Below the pieces are notes generated by a model. It did not search any database and was not told where the DNA came from. It was given only the letters and a program-made list of their open reading frames with translations. A stretch of 64,000 nucleotides of DNA. Origin: Chrysomallon squamiferum. Lineage: Eukaryota; Animalia; Mollusca. Below are positions 28,820-39,322 of the stretch, piece after piece (the first letter of the stretch is position 1; each line of letters starts with the position of its first letter). The stretch covers positions 18,786,001 through 18,850,000 of the forward strand of contig CM022672.1 of assembly GCA_012295275.1 (NCBI GenBank), in the 5' to 3' direction. The position numbers and the translations under genes are program-made.

Positions 28820-30496
28820 GTGGTTCTTTCGAATTTTATTTTGCAACGTTTGTTTTAGAACAGTACTTGGATGAGCAGTGTGCCGGCAACAATTTTATCT
28901 TACTGACATCACTGAACCAAGCAGATATTTTTATATTTATTACATGTGGACTTTTGTTAATGTTTATAAAATATATTTAAAAACAAGTTTGCTTAACCAT
29001 GTAGGTGTGTATGATATATATACGTACGTACGTACGTATGTATGTATGTATGTATGTATGTATGTATGTATGTATGTATGTATGTATGTATGTATGTATG
29101 TATGTATGTATGTATATACGTATGCATGTATATACGTATGTATGTATGTATGTATGTATGTATGTATGTATGTATGTATGTATGTATGTATGTATGTATG
29201 TATGTATGTATGTATGTATGTATGTATGTATGTATGTATGTATGATAGCACAATGACCCCCTGCCCTCAGTTTCTGTTCCCCTGTGTTGTCAGCTACAGC
29301 CAGAAAATCATCCCCAACCCAACCCCAAACTTCGAATAGGCTCTATCCTGTAGTAATCTGAATGTGTTACGTGTGGGTTAATTTATGTTATAATTATCAT
29401 CTAATCATTGACGTAATCACATTAATGTAAATCGATATGAAAAAAAAAAATAATAATAATAAAATGATAATGAAAACTTTATAATAATAATTCTCAGCTG
29501 TTGGGTATATTATATTTTATGTATGCTATATATATAGAGAGATAATGAAAAACAAAAATGAATCGTTTTTATTGCCGCAGTGTTTGACAACAGGTGAAAA
29601 CGGTAGAGGTAGACATTAATCTGATTGAAAGCAGCATGTTTATGTGTGGAACTCGATGTAACATAACCAGTGAAAAACGTGCGAAGATAATAACAACCAT
29701 AATGACATTTCCTATTTGGTTTCACAGTTTTAATCAAACGAGGTGCGCTGAATCAACATAAATAATGTATAACAGAATTACAGTCGTTTCAGTTTTCGTT
29801 AATGAATACAGTTCAAAAAACAACAACAACAAAAACAAAAAAAAACGTCTGCTGATATTTTTTGTTAATGTGAATGTGAGGCAGAAAGATATGTATAAAT
29901 GTGCACAAAATGGTTATCGCACAGGTAAATGAATAAATGTTTCATTTGTAAACAAACTGGCTAATTAATCTTGGCTTAATTAAGTTTGTTTTTTTTAATA
30001 ATAATTTATGAGTCAATGCAAAACATTTTTTTTTTTTTTTTTTTTAAAGTTTTTTTTTAATCTTCCTGTTATCTTGTTATTGTTGTTTGTTTTGGGGTTT
30101 TTTTTGTTGTTGTTGTTGTTTTTTTGTTGGTATTTGTTAGTTTTGGGGCTTTTTTTTTTTTTTTTTTTAATTGATAATTAAGAATCAAAATAACTTCTCA
30201 CATCTCACACTATTCCTTTTCAATTAGCAACAAATAATCTTTTCTATGTACCCATAGACAGGAACATACCGAACACGTGATCGTACCGTGTATTTAGTTT
30301 AAAAACATTTCGAAATATACTCCAAAGAGAAATATTCCTAACAATAATTCCTGTGAAAAGAACAAATAAAAATCTGTTCTCCTAGTGCTTTTGCCTTCAG
30401 TGTGACGAATTTCAGGTTGGATAGAATCTCAATGAAACGCACAAACGTGATGCATTATTATCAACAATTAAACAAGAAAATTTATTATTATAAATA

Positions 30497-30840
30497 CAGT
30501 TGTACCTCGAGTTACGAGTGCTCCAACTTACGAGTTTTCCGAGTTACGAGCAGTCGCCCATGCGATTTTTGCTTCGACTTTCGAACCAAAATTCAAGTTA
30601 CGAGTGAGCTTCAGATACGCCGCCGGTACTTGGCGCAACGAACAACACAACATCCGCCCAGCATCCCTCGTCTCACTCGTTTACTTCGCCTGGTGACCTC
30701 GCTGCGGAAGCATCTCCGTTGTGTTGTGTTCGCGTTTTCTGTAGTATTTTGCCCAATTTTTTTCCCACGAAGCACGACATTCTTTTGTCTTTCGTCGTTT
30801 TTTGCATGCATCCAAGATTATAAATAATTTGTATATTGTT
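30497..30840 (+). mobile_element. pogo/Tigger-like (Tc1-mariner) element, left end only
   Basis: TA followed by CAGTTGTACCTCGAGTTACGAG; TTACGAG repeated four times, three at 16-bp spacing, as in Tigger-type TIRs; GC-rich relative to flanks; no partner TIR seen. Confidence 0.6.
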
Positions 30841-31936
30841 GAATAATAATATATGTATGCATGTACGTATGTATGTATGTATGTATGTATGTATGTATGT
30901 ATATGTGTATGTGTGTGTGTGTGTGTGTGTGAGTATGTATGTATGAATGTACATATGTATGCATATATGTGTGTATGTATGTATGTATGTTTGTATATCT
31001 GTATATATGTGTGTGTGGGTGTATGTATGTATGTTTGTATATCTGTATATATGTATGTGTGTATGTATGTATGTATTAAAATGTATGTTTCGATGTAAGT
31101 AAATGAGTGCTTGTACAATTATATATATGTGTCACCAGCATTAACCTTCTGTTAATAATATGGACGAAAGATCGGCTAGTGAACACATTTGCTATGAAAA
31201 TAAAGGTATTTTTAAAGAAAAAGAAAAGAAAGATAATTATTTGAAGATAGTTTATTTTACTCGAGTGCTATTTTATTTATGTTTGTATATATATAGATAT
31301 ATATGTGTGTGTGTTTGTGTTTGTATATATATATTATGTGTGTGTGTTTGTATGTATGTATATATGTGTGTGTGTGTGTCTGTATGTGTGTCCAAGTGTG
31401 TTTGTATGTATGTGTCTACACATACACACAGACACACACCCACACTCAGGTACCGAATAGGAAGAGGATCACTTGTACAGACAGACAGACAGATTAACTT
31501 AGGCATCATGATGAACAATAGTGTTGTTCTTTAATACTAAATATAAAAAAAATAAAAATATAAAAAAATTTGAGTAATTAAGTATTCAATGAGAAATTAA
31601 AAGATAAATACCAAACACATATTAACTAAATAAATATATTTATTTATTAACATGTGATAAAATATTATCTGAATAAAAGTAATTTAAAACAGCAACGGAT
31701 GCATATATCCTCGTGGTATCGGTTTTCACAAAGATAAACAATAATTTCGCGTTATGCACAAATAACGATATTTTTCTTGTTACAACTGACAGAGACATAA
31801 GGTAATATATATATATACATGATTAAACTATTAACATTAAATTCAATATATATTGCGAGTTTCTTTTTTTTTTTTTTTTTTTTTTGGTTTCTAGTTAGTA
31901 TGTGTATGCCGTAAGATTCTTACATTTTTAATGTGA

Positions 31937-32264
31937 TATGGGTTTTGACGCAGAACGTCGACATCCAAGAACAATAACTCCAAATAACTGGAGACGATGT
32001 ATGGTGTCCCATCAATGCAATGATGATGATAATAATTGCCAGTTGGGAAAAATTAACAGCATTTAACAATTTTTTCCGCATCATTTTGTCAAACTATCTT
32101 CAATGTTTTAATTTTTGGGGTTTATTTTGTTACCTTTTTGTTTCATTATTAATTTATTAATACCAAACTATTTTCTTTAACACACTTGATGTTGAATAAA
32201 TGATGTTAAAAAGTAATATTCACTTAAAAGTCGTTGTATCCTGGCTTAATACAATCGTATGTAC

Positions 32265-32296
<32 letters not shown>

Positions 32297-32663
32297 TACA
32301 GCCCATCTAAAATAAGAACCAGTGAAATTTTTGGCCTTCCATAAAAATTGATTGACGTAGGCGTGGCCTAATTGTTTAATACTGTTCTGAATGTCAACAG
32401 ACGGCAATGTTTCCTGCAGTTTGTGAGTGAAATTCATTTACGTATAGCTAAAAAAGTGCCTTATGAAAAACAGTATTTTTAGCTTTGTGGTTATGTTAAC
32501 TGTTTAATGTTAGCGCAAACGTGCGAATAGGAAGCATTGCTTTGTTTGGCAGGTGAAAAAAAAAAACCTTCCGTAAACAAAATCCTCTTCATGTGACGTC
32601 ACAGTTGTTGTTTTTGATGTTTATGCGCACTTGTTCTTTAACGAACGTGCGTCAAAACCCATA
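31937..32663. mobile_element. Candidate MITE bounded by a 16-bp perfect inverted repeat
   Basis: tatgggttttgacgca (31937-31952) and tgcgtcaaaacccata (32648-32663) are exact reverse complements; an extra partial copy gcgtcaaaac follows at ~32666. Confidence 0.5.
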
Positions 32664-33099
32664 CCGCGTCAAAACACAACCGCGATATGTACAGGAAACA
32701 AAATTTAAAAATATTACCTCATAATCATTTCGTTACGTAATAAACTAATTTACATTAATTTCAAAATTCGTTAAAGAGCTGTTCTGAATATCTGACACCA
32801 CAGTCTAGTATCACAGAAATCTTTTTTAAAAGATTGTCATATCTTAATTATAGTTACAAATGGTTAACAGTGTTTATCATTAAGATTTCTTTCATAACTA
32901 GGTGACCAGTTAATCAAAAATATGTATAAAATATATTATATCTGTAACGTTATTTTACAATTTGTAAACAGCTTCAAAATTATGAAGGTTGTAATGTCGT
33001 ATGTTAAAAAATAATAATAATAATAATAATAAAAGTTGCAGATTTGGTTAAGAATTCTCGTTAAAAATAAAATTCAACATAAGAATGAATATTTATAAA

Positions 33100-33550
33100 A
33101 TTACATAACTATCACCGTTAAAACATTAACATTACAACCAAATTAATATAACATTTACAACCCTACATTACAAACAAAGTATTCTATAGCAAATACAGTA
33201 ATAGTAACAATATAAACAATTTAAATTACAACTCTACATACACAAAATACAATAACATCACAGTAACAGTTACAAACAATTTAACATTACATTTACAATT
33301 ATAACATTACAGTTACACACAGTATTCTGTAACTTTACCGTTACAATTGCAGCATTAAGGACAAAACGTACTCACTGTATTCAGAATAATAAAAAATAAC
33401 AGTGAATCAAGTTACAATTAACATCATACATTAACGTTACAATCATACGAAAATTATGTCTACAATTTAAGAATTACAACATTAACATAAAAATAACAAA
33501 AACATATGAGTTACAATATTAACGTTACCATGGAAATTAAAATTTACGTA
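33100..33550. repeat. Low-complexity decayed repeat (ttaacattacaa-like)
   Basis: Recurrent ttaca/ttaac/acaat motifs, G-poor on the + strand. Confidence 0.55.
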
Positions 33551-34140
33551 TGAACTTATTTTTAACTTGTTAATTAATGGGTGTAAGTGTCAGAAGAGTG
33601 AACTTCTGATGTCATGAAAAAGTAGCAGCCTGGATTCTTTTATATGTATCTAGTATTAATAAAAATTAAAAAAAAAAGAAAAACGAAAAATTAAAAAAAA
33701 AAAAAAAAGACTGGGCTTTTGGTGTATATGTTATGGGAGAACCGATTAACACTGTAAATGATATTGTAGATTAAACATTAAGATCAATATTACATTAATT
33801 TTATAATTATAAAGCATCACTATTACAAATTTAATATTTACAAATTGTAACATAAATTGTTCCGTTTTTCACCATTTTTTCATTTTTTTTTTTTACCTTT
33901 TCATATTCTCTAAACTTATACTACGAATATGTGGTATTATCTTTCTAACCTAATGAAGAAACATCTGTAGAGAGCTGAGTTTATGTTAACGTTGAAGAAT
34001 GTTAAAAAGTAATTATGTCGGCACGAAAAGAAAAAGTGAGATAAACCTGTTGGTCAAAATGTAGCAATTCCATCAGTGAGTTTGCATGAACATTACACTA
34101 CAGTATTAATATCATAATTACAACACACATTTATAGCAGA

Positions 34141-34248
<108 letters not shown>

Positions 34249-34339
34249 GTATCTTCAATATTTAGCACCAAAAAGGATGCTATGAAGCAAGGCTGCTTTG
34301 GTCTAGAGGTTAAAAAAAAAAAAAAAAAAACGAAGCTAA

Positions 34340-34394
34340 TGTAATAATTGGTGTGCACGTGTTTACATGACGGGCCAAGGGTTGCCGACCCCTG
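34340..34394. mobile_element. Solo hAT (Charlie-like) terminus
   Basis: GGTTGCCGACCCCTG at 34380-34394 is the reverse complement of CAGGGGTCGGCAACC, a typical hAT TIR; no partner end found. Confidence 0.45.
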
Positions 34395-35536
34395 ATTTAC
34401 AGTTTCACATCTTATCATACATCAGTAAAATGTTATCGAAACATTAAGCACTGGTGCCTTTTTTCTTTATTTAATTTTTGCCCTCCTAATTTAGGGTCAT
34501 CTGGTTGTTAACTGTACGTGAGGGAATTGTATTTGTTTTGTTGTTGTTGTTGAGGGATTGTTCTTAGGTTGGGTTTTTTTTTTTAATTATTATTATTATT
34601 ATTAATTTTAATTTTTTTTTTTATTATTATTATTATTTATTTATATATATATTTTTTTTTTTTATGCATAAAAAATCGAAATCATTTCGGAGACATATAG
34701 AAATGTAATAATTATTATTAATCCACTGAAACAGTTTAATAACAAATATTATAATTATGTTTCAGAATTGTATCGTTTATTTAGTGGTAAATTTAAATGA
34801 TGAAAGTATCTGCGGGACCATTTGCGGGACAAGTGTGACCAGAAAAGCGTACTTGAACTTGATTGTGATATAAACTCAATGGTAACTAAAAATAAAGATT
34901 TGTACACTTGATTTTTTTTCTTTTTTTTTTTTTCTTTTCAGCTATGGAGTGAACGCGTAATTAACCGCAATGAAATTAAAGATATGCGATGCACGTAAAT
35001 TCATTAAAAGCTGTACATCTTTCACTGCTGACAGCCTTGTAAATTTAAATTTCAAAATACCTTTGTTATCTTTCATTTAAACTAAATATTCTAAAAACTG
35101 GTTTTTGACAGATATTTTTCATTCAGTATTCAACACAATGAAAAAAATATTTTTAGAATGTAATAAGTATCTTTATAAATATCTGATCGACATGTTAAGT
35201 ATGTCAGCTAACGTTTTTTATGCTGAGTATTTATTTTAATATAGCATTCACGCCTACCGCTTTGTTCGTCTCCGTTTTCTGTCTTTCTCTTTCATTCTTC
35301 TTTCCCCTTTCCTTCTGTGTCTATCTTCACTTCTGCCTCTATCATCTATTATATTTCCTTCTCTGCCTTCTTCTTTCAGTCTCTATCACTTTTTTCTTCT
35401 CTCTCGCTCTCTCTCATTTTTTTGTTCCTTTTTCTACCGCTACTTCTTTAACACGATATATATTTTTTTTACCCCCGGAATATGAGTCCACATATTAATA
35501 TCTGTTACCTCTAACTTATCGAATACACCCTTTAGA

Positions 35537-36526
35537 TTACAGGTCAATTAAAGATGGAGCAGTAGCCTTTGCAAAAGGCTGATATTCGTCAGACTGTGGC
35601 AAAGTAAATTCGGGTTTCATGGAAACTCCGTTAGCCTTCTTACCGTTGTCAGACGCTGCCATCAGTTTTATTGCTGTGTCTATGTTCTTCTTGTACTGTT
35701 CTGAATAGGTTTTTGTAGACATGAGACTCGGTGTCAGTGACGTGAATCCAGTATAAAATGGAAGAAAGAAAAGCGTCATTAACATGAACAGTATCAAAAG
35801 TCCATCTGGTGTAAGAATTACCACGAAAACAGTACAGACAATAGAGAACACAGAGTAACCCCACAGATGTTTGAAACTGGACACAAAAGGATTCGATATT
35901 TTAAATTCTTCTTCCACTGCCCGTTGAGGAATCCATTTCGCACTGGGGGATATATTTGCTTGGAAAGCACGCACAATACGCACACAACCCACAATAGCTT
36001 CTGGTGTGAACTGAAGAATTGATGCCAGTGTTTCTAGTGCTACGTATTTATAGTTCTTTCTGGTGCACGTAGCAAATTTAGGAAATACCAGTATAAGAAA
36101 CATGATGATTATAACTGTTGCATATTTGTATTTCAAGTGAGTCTTGTATTTAATAATAATGTACGCTAGCAGTGTAGGTTTCATAAACATTTGTCTCAAA
36201 GCTGAGTGAGCTATGTAAGAAGATACAAAGTCTAATTTTGATTCTGTTCTCAGTTTTGTGGCATTAAATTTGTCTCCTTGCACCATTCTCTGCAACCATC
36301 TCATTGGTTTACCAAAAACGTTTTTCCAAAAGTACATGGACAAGAGAACTTCTCCTCTGTTCCATCTTCTTTCTCGAATATTCCACGACACATAGTTGTA
36401 AGGTGGAGCTTCTAAAAGACGGACAGAAGCTACATAAAGAGGTTGCAAAAGTGCAGCTTCAAATGTATCATGACTTAGAACATCGATAGGGACACATTCC
36501 TTTACATTGTCTCTTGTCCCGATCAC
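35537..36526 (-). CDS. opgH: C-terminal ORF (329 aa) of the OpgH-like glucosyltransferase: SHD and RxxRW motifs plus membrane domain
   Basis: ORF track; SHD at 36467-36475, RERRW at 36362-36376, WIPQR at 35921-35935. The frame is open upstream to 36559 (KNTIYIEKVIG), so the GTG is probably not a real start. Confidence 0.88.
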   Translation of the reverse strand: MIGTRDNVKECVPIDVLSHDTFEAALLQPLYVASVRLLEAPPYNYVSWNIRERRWNRGEVLLSMYFWKNVFGKPMRWLQRMVQGDKFNATKLRTESKLDFVSSYIAHSALRQMFMKPTLLAYIIIKYKTHLKYKYATVIIIMFLILVFPKFATCTRKNYKYVALETLASILQFTPEAIVGCVRIVRAFQANISPSAKWIPQRAVEEEFKISNPFVSSFKHLWGYSVFSIVCTVFVVILTPDGLLILFMLMTLFFLPFYTGFTSLTPSLMSTKTYSEQYKKNIDTAIKLMAASDNGKKANGVSMKPEFTLPQSDEYQPFAKATAPSLIDL

Positions 36527-37575
36527 TTTTTCAATATAAATAGTGTTTTTATCATTGCCTTACCGAAATACGACGACTGACCAAGAAACGACATGATGGC
36601 GTTTGTCATGGGTTCATAAATGGCCTGGCGCATTTTCTCGAGATGCATGAACATGGAGTCATCAGAGGCAGCAGTCAGCTCGATCGACGGCTGGATTATT
36701 CCACGATCCGGATGTGCTGCCGCGATGTCCAGCAAAACAAACACTGAACCTTCTGGAACTCCGGTGTCACCGTCCAGAACTAAAGTGTAGTCAAACTTGC
36801 GACCAAAAATGTTTTCTACGTCTTCAGAGTCGTAGAACAAAGGCTGGCCGTACGGTCTGGCGAGTTTTCCGTAATACTCAGGATCTGTGTAAGTGTAGGC
36901 GTCGTCATCACCTTCTGACAACAGCATCAGATCTTGGTACTGTCCACACTTACGTAACACTCTCGAAACTCGGTGAATCACCATGAATTCTCTAGCAATT
37001 TTCTTGCAGATTTTCTTCAAGTATCGTCCAAGAAAGACTGATCTGTCCATTTTGCGAAAATAGGACCAAAGGTATTTTACGTGTACTGGATCAACGGGCG
37101 CACCAAAAGCAAAATTTAATCCTTCTCGAAAAAGGTCGTCGTAAATGAGAGCACGATAATTGTCTCTCACCTCCAGTTCGTACTTTTTAAGCTCGTCAGA
37201 GTTCGTGGCACTCACAAGAACTGCAGAAATCTTCAGCGACAGGTTTCCCATGTAGGCTTTATACATCGTTTGTAAACATTCGTCAATGTCGTCTTTTGTT
37301 ATTGCTAGTAAATTGTAATTTAGCACCAGAGTCAAATTGTCGTCATTGGTTTTGTCAATGTGGCGTTTTTCTCCCCCGACTACCAACGTCACAATCGTCT
37401 GCACCGGAAATTCCATGACCGAGCCTTGAAGTACTCCAAGAATAAAAACGAGAGCAATTCCCTGAACTACGTGAGTGCGAGACCAGTCTATGTTTAAAAT
37501 GTTCAGAACTGTGAATATTACAGCAAGTGATATCCAGAAGCTGAAGTATATAAATACTCGATTCGTTCTTTTCAT
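35537..37575 (-). CDS. opgH: OpgH/MdoH-like glucan synthase (GT2, membrane-integrated), intronless, one frameshift at 36546-36550; 679 aa if repaired
   Basis: Collinear motifs versus E. coli OpgH (reference motifs recalled, not aligned by tool): HRVSRVLRKCGQYQDL ~ RRRRRVKRKSGNIDDF; YTLVLDGDT ~ YMVVLDADS; AHPDRGIIQ ~ ANPNAGIIQ; SYFGKAMIK ~ YWGHNAIIR; VLSHDTFEAALL ~ ILSHDFVEAALM; EAPP...RERRWNRGE ~ EELPP...RDRRWCHGN; LVFPKF ~ LFLPKL; LETLASIL ~ LEVLFSVL; WIPQR ~ WNSPQR. Two N-terminal and several C-terminal hydrophobic segments. In-frame stop upstream of the ATG at 37575. Confidence 0.9.
36523..37575 (-). CDS. opgH: N-terminal ORF (350 aa) of the OpgH-like glucosyltransferase: TM helices plus GT-A domain up to FGKAMIK
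   Basis: ORF track; RKCGQ at 36940-36954, DGD (DxD) at 36766-36774, GIIQP; start context gtaccATGa. The last 7 residues (TLFILKK) are out of frame relative to homologues. Confidence 0.88.
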   Translation of the reverse strand: MKRTNRVFIYFSFWISLAVIFTVLNILNIDWSRTHVVQGIALVFILGVLQGSVMEFPVQTIVTLVVGGEKRHIDKTNDDNLTLVLNYNLLAITKDDIDECLQTMYKAYMGNLSLKISAVLVSATNSDELKKYELEVRDNYRALIYDDLFREGLNFAFGAPVDPVHVKYLWSYFRKMDRSVFLGRYLKKICKKIAREFMVIHRVSRVLRKCGQYQDLMLLSEGDDDAYTYTDPEYYGKLARPYGQPLFYDSEDVENIFGRKFDYTLVLDGDTGVPEGSVFVLLDIAAAHPDRGIIQPSIELTAASDDSMFMHLEKMRQAIYEPMTNAIMSFLGQSSYFGKAMIKTLFILKK

Positions 37576-37661
37576 GGTACAGTTGTTTTTCAGCTTAACT
37601 TAAATCAAGATCTTGATATTTTTAGAAGAAAAAAAATATATTTCTATTATTTTTATTATTA

Positions 37662-37704
<43 letters not shown>

Positions 37705-38514
37705 TATTATTATTACTATTTCGGTAAAATCCTCACTGACTCAACCTGAGGTGTGAATACCTTAAACTTTCTAACTACAGGACTGCACCGTAAGGCCGGC
37801 AGTTAATGAAAGATTTTTGCACTGTGTTTATGATTCTCCAGTCAATCAAATCATTTAGCTCATTCTATTCGTTGCTATTGCATATATATTTTTTTCATTT
37901 CAGATAGATATGCTTGGTTTCTGCGTAGGCTTGTGAACTGAGAATGTGTCACGTGACAGGATAGGCTGCGTGTCGTGCCGGTGGGATCTGGTATATGAAA
38001 AAAATAAAAGCGATGTGGGGGGGAAAAAAGAATCATCAATGAAAAGATATCGATCACGTAATCTGTAGCACCATGATAAATATCTGAAATAAATGAAACG
38101 AAAATATATAATTTTGGAATCAGAAAAAAAAATTAATGACTAAATTATTTCGTATTCGAGCTAGTTGCACAACATCTAAACTTTTGCAATTCTCTATCCA
38201 TTTTACTTGTATTATATCTGTTTTCGTCAAGTCAGCTAAAAGCAGTTGCATTTAACATTCATACTTTTAAAAGAAAATAAGAAGAAATTATCTGTAACTT
38301 TAATATCTTTATTTGAAATGTGTTTAAAACAAACATAATGATATTTAAAAACGTTATTTATTCATTAGACTAAACATAATTAAATAGCTTGTGATGAAAC
38401 TAAACAACAGTGATGTATATGTATCTGGGTAGAGATATCGGTTACTTCTAGAGAACCAATTAAACGTCTAATTAATTATATATGTAAATGTGTTGAAAAA
38501 ATACTTCTTCCTAC

Positions 38515-38611
38515 CGGCAAATAGCAAAGTTGTGAAATATTTCAGTTGCTGTGCTTGCTGATGGTTTGTTTATCCCATTTTTTTCACTCTCCTCTACGTC
38601 ACTGCACGCTT
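38515..38611 (-). other. Candidate exon upstream of the OpgH-like gene (unverified)
   Basis: Minus strand ttttatttcag|AAGCG...GCCG|gtagga, 97 nt; one open frame ACSDVEESEKNGINKPSASTATEIFHNFAIC. Confidence 0.25.
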
Positions 38612-39151
38612 CTGAAATAAAATTATAGGAACTCCGCAGTAATCTCCAGATTAAAATGTTTGTGTATCAGATGTTTTTGATGTGTTTAATATATGTATGT
38701 CTGTTTATTCTTTTTAATTAAATGTCAGATGATAATTCGAATAACAGCTGTGTTACAATATTGGTGAAATTCAGCAGGATTCACGACGTCATCAAATCAG
38801 TCCATGCTGCGGTTGGCCAAGATGGTCGGAAAAAACAAAATGGTGAACAAAAATCACCGAGAGGTATGACGTCGTCACCCATTAATCCCTATTCCTTTGT
38901 ATAAGAATATAAGTACTTAGTGTCAGATAAAGAGAAAGGGGACAACCACTAAAGATTCTTATCCCGAATTTTACTTTCACTGTCAAAACAAATCCTCCGG
39001 TCGAATGGCAGCTGCAGCTCTGCAGAGTCTCGTTGTAAACCGGCATTCTAATCTTCGCTGGATAAAGCAAAGACTGAAAGCGGTTATTCCCCATACATGT
39101 TAAAGTTAACCTATATAGTCATTTATTTGTAAATATCGATTTTGTATGTAG

Positions 39152-39322
39152 TTTAGGATTTTGAATATTCTCTGTCGTATGTACGTCCGATTAGACTCTG
39201 CACATAGAAAATATTCGGGAACGCACTGGTGCAGGAGGACAAAGTCCAATCACGAACTCACAAACCCTGTCAGATGCCGCTGACGAGTCTCGAACGCATG
39301 GCACCCATTCACCCTCACTCCG
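39152..39322 (-). mobile_element. SINE family B copy
   Basis: tttaggattttgaatattctctgtc..gcactggtgcaggaggacaaagtccaatcacga..ctcgaacgcatggcacccattcaccc, closely matching the copies at 42.5 and 50.1 kb. Confidence 0.7.

Noticed and set aside
35220-35498. 92-aa hydrophobic plus-strand ORF next to the OpgH-like gene
   Set aside because: Pyrimidine-rich low-complexity DNA, probably the antisense of the 3' UTR.
36523-36560. Small intron explaining the frame break
   Set aside because: Homology is gap-free across the junction, leaving no room for an intron.
35537-37575. Chitin, hyaluronan or cellulose synthase assignment; or a two-gene bacterial operon with GTGA overlap
   Set aside because: Motifs are SHD and RERRW rather than GEDR/QRRRW or TED/QRxRW. 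The two ORFs are consecutive halves of one GT2 domain, and homology continues through the -1 frame upstream of the GTG.
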